A stretch of DNA of 64,000 nt from Alphaproteobacteria bacterium (GTDB taxonomy: Bacteria > Pseudomonadota > Alphaproteobacteria > RF32 > CAG-239): contig JAFTWG010000008.1 of assembly GCA_017465405.1 (NCBI GenBank), positions 13,304 through 77,303 of the forward strand. The letters run 5' to 3'. The notes beneath the pieces were generated by a model. It saw only the letters and a list, made by a program, of their open reading frames with translations. It did not search any database and had not been told where the DNA came from. Positions 1 through 9,015 of this stretch are shown here, in pieces (the stretch's first letter is position 1; each line of letters begins with the position of its first letter). The position numbers were made by a program, and so were the translations under genes.

Positions 1-672
1 AAAACATTCGGATATCATCAAAAAAGAAAACACCGTCTTCTGTCGATAAAAGAAAATGGGTTGTATGAGGTCAATAAAGTTTATAACGATTTGATAACTG
101 CAGCACTTTTTAAAAAGGAAATAATTGAAAACAATAAAATTCGCATTCCCTGTGTACGTTATAGAGGAGATATGTATTTCAAAATGTGCTATCTAATGTC
201 ATCGAATAACACATATCTGTTATCTGATGTTTTATATTTTTATCGTTTCCACGAAAATTCCTTGGTAAGTATATATTTGGAATCCAATAATAAAGCTCGT
301 TATACTTATGAGGTTGAGTATGTAAAGTTACTAAAAATATTGCTGAAATTCATGAAGAAAAGCAACAAAACGATAATATGGAAAGATAGAATAATTTTAC
401 ATATAACATCTTCACTTAAACGATGTACTGTCAGATATGGCAAAAAATATGTCAGAAAAATATTTAATAATATCACACGAGTGTTTTTAGCTTCTGTAAA
501 CAGAGAATTATTTGAAAAAAATAAGAATATTTACACCATTAAAAATGACATATTTGAATTAAAAATATTTAAATTATTTTTTGTTACTTTGTATAGTACA
601 AGTCAATATTTGAAAAGAAAAACATATTATTTATTTAACGTTATTCCCATATTCAGAAAGAAAATAAAATGA
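1..672 (+). CDS. Glycosyltransferase family 2 protein, C-terminal part (5' end probably outside the window)
   Basis: Frame 1 is open from base 1 through the TTG at 61 used by the ORF track, so the gene is probably cut by the window edge. The LYFYRFHENSL-type segment resembles the region after a GT2 catalytic domain. The stop overlaps the next GT2 start (ATGA at 669-672). Confidence 0.5.
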   Translation, partial: KTFGYHQKRKHRLLSIKENGLYEVNKVYNDLITAALFKKEIIENNKIRIPCVRYRGDMYFKMCYLMSSNNTYLLSDVLYFYRFHENSLVSIYLESNNKARYTYEVEYVKLLKILLKFMKKSNKTIIWKDRIILHITSSLKRCTVRYGKKYVRKIFNNITRVFLASVNRELFEKNKNIYTIKNDIFELKIFKLFFVTLYSTSQYLKRKTYYLFNVIPIFRKKIK

Positions 673-1679
673 GAACTATATCTGTGATAACACCTTGTTT
701 TAATGGCGAAAATTTTTTATTCAGATATCTTGATTCTTTAGTGGAACAAGACTACAAAGATGTTGAATTTATTTTTGTTAATGACGGATCAACAGATAAA
801 ACAGAAGACATATTTTTAACTTATAAACCCAAACTGGAAAAAAAAGGTTGGAAGGTTGTGTACATAAAACAACCTCACAAAAATCAAGCCGCAGCTCTTA
901 ATAAAGGTTTGAAAATATTTAGAGGCGAATATCTTATGTGGCCTGATAGCGATGACATATTATATCCGAACCATATTTCTAAAAAAGTAGAACTTATGGA
1001 AAATAATCTTGATTGCGGTATAGGATTTAATGTTGTTGATACTGTTGACGAAAGCGATACCAATAAAATTATCGGACAACTACGACGAATTCATGAAGAA
1101 AATGATACCTTATATGAAGACTGTTTATTTGGACATTCTAAAATGTTATGGGGAGGAATAGGAAATATTGTTCGAAGCTCTGCTTTTTTAGATGTCGTAC
1201 CTGACAGAGATATTTATGAAGGAGAATGTGGGCAAAATTTTCAAATGATATTTCCTATAGCTGGAAAGTATAAGGCTTGTTATACAGAAGAAAGCCTGGC
1301 TAAACGTGTTGTTAGAAAAGGTTCTCACAGTAATTTACAAGTTTGGAACTCTCCACAAAGAATATTTGATCATGAAGACACTTTTTTACACTCAATAATG
1401 AGAACACAAATCTCGGATAATCAAAAGACACGAGATATTGTAGCAATGATAAATTGTTTTGAAAATTATAAAAATAGAGAGAAACAACAGATTGAAATTA
1501 AAAAAAAGGTTGAAAAAGAGGTCAAGAGAATAAGGCAAAATATTGAAAAACAACAAACTAAAAACAAAAAAATAACATTTTTAGGTTTTACGTTGTTTAA
1601 AATTATACATAAACCTAAAACTACAAAAATAAAACTTTTCGGAATTATTCCTATTTTAAAAATAAAAGAGGCTAAATAA
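669..1679 (+). CDS. Glycosyltransferase family 2
   Basis: The N-terminus ISVITPCFNGENFLFRYLDSLVEQDYKDVEFIFVNDGSTD is a classic GT2 signature. A DSDD acidic motif follows. The gene is translationally coupled to both neighbours. Confidence 0.85.
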   Translation: MRTISVITPCFNGENFLFRYLDSLVEQDYKDVEFIFVNDGSTDKTEDIFLTYKPKLEKKGWKVVYIKQPHKNQAAALNKGLKIFRGEYLMWPDSDDILYPNHISKKVELMENNLDCGIGFNVVDTVDESDTNKIIGQLRRIHEENDTLYEDCLFGHSKMLWGGIGNIVRSSAFLDVVPDRDIYEGECGQNFQMIFPIAGKYKACYTEESLAKRVVRKGSHSNLQVWNSPQRIFDHEDTFLHSIMRTQISDNQKTRDIVAMINCFENYKNREKQQIEIKKKVEKEVKRIRQNIEKQQTKNKKITFLGFTLFKIIHKPKTTKIKLFGIIPILKIKEAK

Positions 1680-4036
1680 TGTTGATTATTGATGATATGA
1701 AACAATGTTGCGGATGTGCTGCATGCCTCAATGCGTGTCCTCAAAAAGCAATAAATATGAAGATTGATGAAGAAGGTTTTTTATATCCTGATATAGATAA
1801 TGATTTATGTATTCAATGCAAAAAATGTATTAATGTATGTCCTATCAACAATCCTAAATACATAAATTGTGATAATCCTAAATGTTATGCTGTTCGTGCT
1901 GATGATACAACACGATATGTTTCTTCATCGGGAGGTGCTTTTAGTATATTTGCAGAATATATTTTAAAAAATGACGGAGTGGTATGCGGTGCTGCATATA
2001 CTTCTGATTGGAGTGTAGAACATATCATTATCAATAATTATACTGATTTGGCAAAATTGCGAGGATCAAAATATGTTCAAAGCGAAATTAAAGATTGTTA
2101 CAGTAAAATAAAACAATATTTAGATTCTTCAAAATTAGTTTTATTTAGCGGAACTCCTTGTCAAAATGCCGGACTAAAATCATTCTTAAATAAAAATTAT
2201 AATAATTTATATTGTTTGGATTTAATTTGTCATGGAACTCCATCAGCAAAAGTGCTGCAAAAATCTTTGAAAGAATATACTAATGGCGATGCTGTTAACA
2301 GCCTAAACCTACGTGATAAATATAATGGCTGGGGAAATGGTTATTGGGTGGATATCAACGGAAAACACATAAAAGGTACAGATTTATCCTTTATAAAAGC
2401 TTTTGCTACAGATTTGTGCTTAAGAAAAAGTTGCGGTAATTGCGTATTTAATAAAATTCCTCGACAAGGCGATATAACTATTGGAGATTATTGGGGAATT
2501 GATAAAAGTAAGGATGATAAAAAAGGAACAAGCATCATCATTATTAATAATGAGCAAGGAAATGATTTATTTCAAAAAGTCGAAGATGACTTTATTTTAT
2601 GTGAACATATACAGTTAAATGATGCAACCGAACATAATTATAATATCATAAGATCAACACGACATAATTCGTACAGAGATAAATTTTTTCAAAATTTTGC
2701 TAAAATGTCAGTTGAAGATAATTATATGTTTTGTAAAAATAAAAAAATAGATGCCGCAATTTTGAACTTTTGGAGTTATAGTAATTATGGCGCCATGATT
2801 ACAGGCTTTGCTTTACAAAAAGCATTACAGACTATCGGTTTCACTAACAAGTTAATTTTGTATATGAATCAGGCAACACCAAGACACAAAATGGAATTTT
2901 TTAAGTCTTCACATTTTAAAAAATTTGCTGATAAATATCTTGATTATACACAAGAATATAAATATTCGGAACTACCGCAATTAAATAATATTACGGACAC
3001 GTTCATTGTTGGCTCTGATCAAGTATGGCGACCTATATTTTTAGGAAAGCATAAAGATGCCTTCTACCTAAGTTTTGCTGATAACAATGCAAAAAAAATT
3101 GCTTGTTCCGCCAGCATGGGGCTGGAATTTTATCAAGGAACCGAAAGTGATAAATCAGAAGCAGCTTTTTACATAGAAAAATTTGATGCAATATCTGTTC
3201 GTGAAAAATCAGGACAAAAAATATTGAAAGATTGGGGAATAGATTCAGTAGTTAATACAGATCCGGTATTTTGGATTGACCGAGAATATTATGATAAAAT
3301 TGCGGACAGTATTGACATTAAATGCCCACAGGATTTTATTGTTTCATACTTTTTAGGTCCTAAAGAACCTGATAATTATTTGATCCAAGAATATGAGAAA
3401 AGAATGGGGATTCCGGTTATTAAAATAGATATGAATAAAACATCAATGGAAGAGTGGTTATATTACACTAAAAATGCCAAATTAGTTTTAACTAATTCAT
3501 TTCATGGTGTTTGTATGTCTCTTATATTTAATAAGGAATTCATTTGCTCTGCAGAAAAAACGCAAGTATATTCACGTTTCGATACGTTATTTCATAAATT
3601 CAGTATAAAACACAGATTTATGGCTTCTTCAGAAATTATTCGCAATAGTTGTTATGAATTTGCGGCAATAGACTATGATAAGATAAATTCCGAAATTGTT
3701 TATGAACGTCAAAATGCTTTAAAATGGTTAAAAGAAGCCATGAATAGCGAACATAAGCCTATGTCTGAATATGAAAACCAATTACGATTAAAAACTTTGT
3801 ATGTTAATTCATTGGCAGATGAACTAAATAAACAGAAAAACTTGTTTAACAATCATATTTCATCACAAGAGTATATATTGAAAGAAATAATCAATTATAG
3901 CAAATACAAAGATAAGTATAGAAAATATAAATTAAAAAAAATATTCAGTTTTGGTAAAAGACGCAAAAAATATAAAATGAAAATGAAAGAACTGAAACAA
4001 AAGATAAAAAAGATACAATCATTGCTAAAATTGTAA
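1679..4036 (+). CDS. Fusion protein: 2x[4Fe-4S] ferredoxin + FrhB-like flavoprotein domain + polysaccharide pyruvyl transferase domain
   Basis: Two CxxCxxCxxxCP motifs are present (CCGCAACLNACP and CIQCKKCINVCP). The SSSGGAF and GTPCQNAGL segments are typical of F420 hydrogenase/dehydrogenase beta-like proteins. The C-terminal half has NFWSYSNYGAM and VGSDQVWRP segments typical of CsaB/WcaK-type pyruvyl transferases. Confidence 0.75.
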   Translation: MLIIDDMKQCCGCAACLNACPQKAINMKIDEEGFLYPDIDNDLCIQCKKCINVCPINNPKYINCDNPKCYAVRADDTTRYVSSSGGAFSIFAEYILKNDGVVCGAAYTSDWSVEHIIINNYTDLAKLRGSKYVQSEIKDCYSKIKQYLDSSKLVLFSGTPCQNAGLKSFLNKNYNNLYCLDLICHGTPSAKVLQKSLKEYTNGDAVNSLNLRDKYNGWGNGYWVDINGKHIKGTDLSFIKAFATDLCLRKSCGNCVFNKIPRQGDITIGDYWGIDKSKDDKKGTSIIIINNEQGNDLFQKVEDDFILCEHIQLNDATEHNYNIIRSTRHNSYRDKFFQNFAKMSVEDNYMFCKNKKIDAAILNFWSYSNYGAMITGFALQKALQTIGFTNKLILYMNQATPRHKMEFFKSSHFKKFADKYLDYTQEYKYSELPQLNNITDTFIVGSDQVWRPIFLGKHKDAFYLSFADNNAKKIACSASMGLEFYQGTESDKSEAAFYIEKFDAISVREKSGQKILKDWGIDSVVNTDPVFWIDREYYDKIADSIDIKCPQDFIVSYFLGPKEPDNYLIQEYEKRMGIPVIKIDMNKTSMEEWLYYTKNAKLVLTNSFHGVCMSLIFNKEFICSAEKTQVYSRFDTLFHKFSIKHRFMASSEIIRNSCYEFAAIDYDKINSEIVYERQNALKWLKEAMNSEHKPMSEYENQLRLKTLYVNSLADELNKQKNLFNNHISSQEYILKEIINYSKYKDKYRKYKLKKIFSFGKRRKKYKMKMKELKQKIKKIQSLLKL

Positions 4037-4051
4037 CTAATCTAAACAAAA

Positions 4052-4079
4052 ACAGGGGGATTATCCCCCCTGTTTTTTA
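4052..4079. terminator. Bidirectional rho-independent terminator between convergent genes
   Basis: The hairpin is ACAGGGGGA-TTA-TCCCCCCTGT, flanked by an A-run upstream and TTTTTT downstream. Confidence 0.75.
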
Positions 4080-4091
4080 TATGATAAAAAA

Positions 4092-4757
4092 TTAATCCAA
4101 AATTACCGGTTTGTTTTCAACAATTTCTTCAGAAGTATTGTTTTCTGTAACAGGTGTTTCGGCTGATGTGTCGTCGTTTACATCATCTGTCTTATTTTCT
4201 TCTTCAGTAGCAACCTCTTCAGTAACAAGCTCTTCAACTGCTACTTCTTCGCTTTCTTCTTCGGCAACCGGAGTTTCTGTTTTTGTCACGTCGGCAGGTG
4301 TAATTTCTTCTTTGAACCATTCGTGTTTAACCATATCGCCAATCTTAATACCATATTTTTTCACATCTCCGGCATTAACTTCTAAAACAGAATATGCAGG
4401 ATATGGAGGTACAATTAATTTTTCAGATTCCGGTTCTGCATTTTCATAAATCCAAAATATCATACCTTCATTGTCAATGAATAACATATCAAGAGATATT
4501 TTGGTATCTTTCATCCACATTGCAGAACGAGTATTAGGTGCCAAACTACCGAGAGCAAAAAGCATACCGGAGTTTTCATCCAACTTTTCTCTGTTCATAA
4601 GTCCGACTGACATTTCTTCTTTAGTCTGTGCTAATTCAACTTTATAAACTGCTTTTTCTCCATTTATATCTGTGATGGTCAATTCATAGCGCTTATCAAA
4701 TTTAGAACAAGCAACAACTGCTAACAACATCATCGCAACCTTAAATATTTTCGGCAT
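4092..4757 (-). CDS. DUF192-family lipoprotein with acidic C-terminal tail
   Basis: The N-terminus is lipobox-like (LLAVVACS). GLMNREKLDENSGMLF and MWMKDTKISLDMLFID segments resemble DUF192. The last ~70 aa are E/T/V-rich low complexity. Confidence 0.65.
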   Translation of the reverse strand: MPKIFKVAMMLLAVVACSKFDKRYELTITDINGEKAVYKVELAQTKEEMSVGLMNREKLDENSGMLFALGSLAPNTRSAMWMKDTKISLDMLFIDNEGMIFWIYENAEPESEKLIVPPYPAYSVLEVNAGDVKKYGIKIGDMVKHEWFKEEITPADVTKTETPVAEEESEEVAVEELVTEEVATEEENKTDDVNDDTSAETPVTENNTSEEIVENKPVILD

Positions 4758-4917
4758 ATTTTTTACTCCTTCTATTCGTAACTGAGAATATAGTATAACA
4801 ATGTTTACATTATTACAAATATTTTTTAAAAGTTTTTAATTTTATTATTTTTATTCTTGTCAATATTTTATAATTACGATATGAATTAATAAGTTCAAGA
4901 GAAAAGAGGAATTTAAT

Positions 4918-5637
4918 ATGTCAAACAGACTCAAATTTGTAGGTATGGTTACTTTATGTGCAGTATTGTCTGCTTGTGCAACAGCAGAAGTTGTGTCGGA
5001 AACAAAAACAGAAAAAGAAGCTCATTACCAACCTTTACACAAAATTTCTTCAAGCAAAACTATTGCTTCAGATACTAAAAACATAAATTATGATGAAAAA
5101 ACAACAACTACAGTAGCAAAAGTTCCGGTAATGCCTGAACTGAAAGATGAAACAATAGAAAAAGCGCCGGTAAAAAAAGTTGTAAAAATAGCAGAAGTCA
5201 AAAAAGAAACGAACGAAAAAGCAAAAGTAAAAAAAACAATTCCCATAATTCGTAAATCTGTGGCTAAAAAAACTCCAACTATAAATTATCAAATTGCGAA
5301 TATTTTATTTGCTAACGGAAGTTCTTCTGTAGATGCTTCATATAATGCAGAAATTAAGAAGATTGCAACCCTGGCAAAAAAACACGATGCAACAATACGA
5401 ATTTATGGTTATGCTTCAAGCAGAACGAAAGATACAGATATTGTTTCTCATAAATTAGCCAACTTCAAAGTATCATTGAAAAGAGCTGAAAGTGTTGCCG
5501 CAGCCTTGCGTAAAGCAGGAGTAAAACAAGAAAATATAACAATAGAAGCTCTTTCTGACAGTCGTCCATTATATAGCGAAGCTATGCCGGAAGGAGAACG
5601 TTTAAATCGTCGAGCCGAAGTATACATCAGCTATTAA
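4918..5637 (+). CDS. OmpA-family lipoprotein (peptidoglycan-binding C-terminal domain)
   Basis: A signal peptide with lipobox (VLSACA) leads a K-rich linker. The C-terminal OmpA-like domain includes FANGSSSV, SLKRAESVAAALRKAGV and NRRAEVYISY. Confidence 0.8.
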   Translation: MSNRLKFVGMVTLCAVLSACATAEVVSETKTEKEAHYQPLHKISSSKTIASDTKNINYDEKTTTTVAKVPVMPELKDETIEKAPVKKVVKIAEVKKETNEKAKVKKTIPIIRKSVAKKTPTINYQIANILFANGSSSVDASYNAEIKKIATLAKKHDATIRIYGYASSRTKDTDIVSHKLANFKVSLKRAESVAAALRKAGVKQENITIEALSDSRPLYSEAMPEGERLNRRAEVYISY

Positions 5638-5652
5638 CTTTTAAGGAATAAA

Positions 5653-7425
5653 TTGGTGGAGATTGATTTTTCGACAACGAAGTCTCTAAACGGTAATCTG
5701 TGGCGTTTTTCAAAAACAGATGAGCGTTTAGTGGAAATGATTGCTCAAAAGTACAATCTCCCTTTTTTTATTGCTAAAATCCTTGCTGACAGACAAATCC
5801 CCATTGATGAAATTCCTCATTTTCTCAATCCTAAAATACAAAATTTAATGCCCGATCCATACTGTATGAAAGATATGGAAAAGGCGACCGCTAAAATTGC
5901 CCAAGCCATAGTTGATAAACAAAAAATTGCTATCATCGGAGATTATGATGTAGATGGTGCTACATCATCATCTTTATTACGCCTGTTTTTAGAAAATGTA
6001 GGCAATAATCCGATGATACATATTCCGGACAGAGAAGAGGGATACGGACCAAGCAAAAAAGCAATAGATGATTTTTTATCACAAGGTGCCGAATTGCTGA
6101 TTACTACCGATTGCGGAACAACAGCTTTTGATGTATTTGATTATGCAAAAGAAAAAAACTTATCGGTAATTGTTTTAGACCACCACGAAGCGGAAGCAAA
6201 ACTTCCAGATGTATACGCTTTGGTCAATCCTAAAAGATTGGATGAAAGTGACGAAAATCCATATTTGAAATATATGGCGGCAGTCGGGGTTGTTTTTATG
6301 ACTGTGGTTGCGGTTAACAGAGCTTTACGAAATATGGGTTTTTATACAAAAGAAATCAAAGAACCTGATTTGAGAAACTTACTTGATATAGTAGCATTAG
6401 GAACTATTTGCGATGTAGTTCCTTTGTTAGGATTGAATAGGGCTTTTGTTCGTTCCGGATTAGATATATTTGCAAAAAAACAAAATGTTGGCATCAATGC
6501 ATTGATAGAAAAATCTTCTATTAAAGATGAAATTACATCATATCATTTGGGATATGTTCTCGGACCTCGTATAAATGCCGGCGGACGAGTAGGGGATTCT
6601 TCACTGGGCAACAAACTTCTCTGTTGTAAAGATAAAAAACAAGCACAACAGATAGCCGAAGAGTTAGATACATGCAATACTCAACGCAAAGAAATAGAAA
6701 ATTATGTTTTGTTACAAGCAATGGAAATTTTAGAAGGAACACCACAAGAATATCCGATGGCTTTTGTTTATGGTAATGATTGGCATCAGGGAGTTGTAGG
6801 TATAGTTGCAGGAAAGTTGAAAGAACGTTACAACTTACCTTCTTTCGTAATGTCGATAGAAAGTGACGAGGTAAAAGGTTCTGCCCGTTCAATATCCGGT
6901 CTTGATATCGGAGCTTTGATTATGTCTGCAAAAGAAAAGGGAATTTTAACCAAAGGTGGCGGACATATAATGGCAGCAGGATTTTCATTGAACGAAGATA
7001 AAATTGAAGATTTCAGAAAATTTGCCGGAGAGTATATTTCAAAAAATATCAAAGACGAATCATTAACTCCGATAATCGACATTGACGGCATAATGGATGT
7101 TTCTGCCGCAAACGTTGATAGTGCAAGACACATAGAAAGCCTTGAACCATTTGGATCAGGCAACAGCGAACCAAAAATTATGTTAACAAATGCTTTGTTA
7201 TCAAAAGCAGATATTGTCGGAGCCGGACATATTCGTTGTATATTCACCTCCATAAATGGCGGATATCTCAAGGCTATGGCTTTTAGGGCTGCTGATAATG
7301 AAATGGGAAAAGCTTTGTTGAACGGACATGGACAATGTTTTAATTTAGTTGGAGTATTACGGAACAATACTTGGCAAAATGTTACTACTCCGCAATTTAT
7401 AATTGACGATGCTATGAGGATATAA
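5653..7425 (+). CDS. recJ: Single-stranded-DNA-specific exonuclease RecJ
   Basis: DHH-family motifs are present (IAIIGDYDVDGATSS, ITTDCG, VIVLDHH), plus the DHHA1 motif GGGHIMAAG. The start is TTG at 5653 or GTG at 5656, after AAGGA. Confidence 0.92.
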   Translation: MVEIDFSTTKSLNGNLWRFSKTDERLVEMIAQKYNLPFFIAKILADRQIPIDEIPHFLNPKIQNLMPDPYCMKDMEKATAKIAQAIVDKQKIAIIGDYDVDGATSSSLLRLFLENVGNNPMIHIPDREEGYGPSKKAIDDFLSQGAELLITTDCGTTAFDVFDYAKEKNLSVIVLDHHEAEAKLPDVYALVNPKRLDESDENPYLKYMAAVGVVFMTVVAVNRALRNMGFYTKEIKEPDLRNLLDIVALGTICDVVPLLGLNRAFVRSGLDIFAKKQNVGINALIEKSSIKDEITSYHLGYVLGPRINAGGRVGDSSLGNKLLCCKDKKQAQQIAEELDTCNTQRKEIENYVLLQAMEILEGTPQEYPMAFVYGNDWHQGVVGIVAGKLKERYNLPSFVMSIESDEVKGSARSISGLDIGALIMSAKEKGILTKGGGHIMAAGFSLNEDKIEDFRKFAGEYISKNIKDESLTPIIDIDGIMDVSAANVDSARHIESLEPFGSGNSEPKIMLTNALLSKADIVGAGHIRCIFTSINGGYLKAMAFRAADNEMGKALLNGHGQCFNLVGVLRNNTWQNVTTPQFIIDDAMRI

Positions 7426-7426
7426 C

Positions 7427-8146
7427 ATGAATAAAGAACGTTCTGAAGAAGTTTATAAAAGAGCAGAAAGAATGAAACAAGCTGTTCAAAATGTGCAGGA
7501 AAAACATGGTTTTATGCAGTTGGGAGCAAAATTAAGAGCATATTTCTTTACCGGAATATTGGTAACAGCACCGATTGCCGTAACATTTTATGTTGCATAT
7601 AAAATTATTGAGTGGGTTGACGGAGGAGTAAATAATCTTTTACCTCCGCAAATAAAAGAATATTATGACAATTTACCATATACAATTCCGGGATTGGGTA
7701 TCATAATTTTAGCATTATTTATGACCCTAATCGGTATGTTTGCAGCTGGTTTTGTCGGTGATTTTTTTGTTCGACTTGGAGAATGGGTAGTTAGAAAAAT
7801 TCCATTAATATCAAGTATCTATTCACTATTAAAAAAAGTTTTTGAAACTTTTTTATCTAACAAAAGTTCTGCTTTCAAAAAAGTTGTATTGTTGGAATAT
7901 CCGCGCAAAGGTATCTGGATTTTGGGTTTGGTAAGCACAGATACCGAAGGAGAGGTGAAAGATATATTGAAAACAGATATGCTTAATGTCTTTATCCCCA
8001 CAACTCCTAACCCTACGTCAGGTTTTTTAATTTTTGTTCCGGTAAAAGATGTAATATTCTTGGATATGTCGGTTGAGGAAGCATTAAAATTTATTATTTC
8101 AGGCGGAATTGTATCTCCGGAGAAAATGAAAAAAATAAAAAAATAA
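7427..8146 (+). CDS. DUF502-family membrane protein
   Basis: Two N-terminal TM helices are followed by a TTPNPTSGFLIFVP segment typical of DUF502. Confidence 0.65.
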   Translation: MNKERSEEVYKRAERMKQAVQNVQEKHGFMQLGAKLRAYFFTGILVTAPIAVTFYVAYKIIEWVDGGVNNLLPPQIKEYYDNLPYTIPGLGIIILALFMTLIGMFAAGFVGDFFVRLGEWVVRKIPLISSIYSLLKKVFETFLSNKSSAFKKVVLLEYPRKGIWILGLVSTDTEGEVKDILKTDMLNVFIPTTPNPTSGFLIFVPVKDVIFLDMSVEEALKFIISGGIVSPEKMKKIKK

Positions 8147-8282
8147 TGCTTGCATTTTGTTATAAAATATAATACATTGCAACCACTTCTGGGAATGAGG
8201 ATACTTTTGTATCCCTTTTCTCTTTGAACAAAAGAGAAAATACCGGGACAATAATGTAAATAACAAATTTAAGGAAAATTAA

Positions 8283-8897
8283 ATGAAAAGTATTGTAAAT
8301 GCAAAGAAAAAGATTGCACGCAGTCTTCATGCAAACCTCTGGGGTGATCCGAAAAGCCCGTTATTAAAACGTGAATATGGTCCGGGTCAACATGGCGCAA
8401 GAAAGAAAAAATTGACCGACTATGGTACACAATTACAAGCAAAACAAAGATTGAAGAACTACTACGGTAACGTTTCTGAAAAGCAATTCTTCAAATATTA
8501 TGAAGAAGCTATTCGTCGTCGTGGTGACGCAGCTGAAAACTTGGTTGGTATTTTAGAATCTCGTTTGGACAACTTGGTATATAAATCAAAATTTGTTCCA
8601 ACAATTTTCGCTGCTCGTCAATTTGTAAACCATGGTCATATCTTGGTAAACGGCAAAAGAGTTAACATTCCTTCTTATATGGTTAAGGTTGGTGATGTTA
8701 TTTCCGTAAGAGAAAAATCTAAACAAATCAATATGGTTGTTTCTGCATTAGAATCAAGCATTCATGAAACACCTGCTTATTTGGAAGTTGATACCAAGAA
8801 AATGGAAGCTAAATATACATTTGTTCCTAAATTTGAAGACATTCCTTATGCTTCTATGATGGAACCAAACTTGGTTATCGAATTTTACTCAAGATAA
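8283..8897 (+). CDS. rpsD: 30S ribosomal protein S4
   Basis: [19 protein letters not shown] and [12 protein letters not shown] match S4. An S4 RNA-binding domain is present ([21 protein letters not shown]). AAGGA lies upstream of the ATG. Confidence 0.96.
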   Translation: MKSIVNAKKKIARSLHANLWGDPKSPLLKREYGPGQHGARKKKLTDYGTQLQAKQRLKNYYGNVSEKQFFKYYEEAIRRRGDAAENLVGILESRLDNLVYKSKFVPTIFAARQFVNHGHILVNGKRVNIPSYMVKVGDVISVREKSKQINMVVSALESSIHETPAYLEVDTKKMEAKYTFVPKFEDIPYASMMEPNLVIEFYSR

Positions 8898-8921
8898 TAG
8901 TTTTATTGTCATTGAAACAAA

Positions 8922-8954
8922 AACCTCAAGATTGTGCAATCTTGAGGTTTTTTG
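8922..8954 (+). terminator. rho-independent terminator of rpsD
   Basis: A perfect 10-bp stem CCTCAAGATT / AATCTTGAGG with loop GTGC is followed by TTTTTT. Confidence 0.85.
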
Positions 8955-9015
8955 CTTTAAATATATAATATATTTGTTTATATTGAAAAAAACAATTTAT
9001 GATTAAGGTAAGACC

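Noticed and set aside
4111-4449. Plus-strand 112-aa S/T/V-rich ORF
   Set aside because: It is the mirror image of the acidic E/T/V tail of the DUF192 gene on the other strand, so it is a compositional artefact.
6533-7367. Minus-strand ORFs of 119 and 179 aa inside recJ
   Set aside because: They lie antisense to RecJ, which has all DHH/DHHA1 motifs, so they are shadow ORFs.
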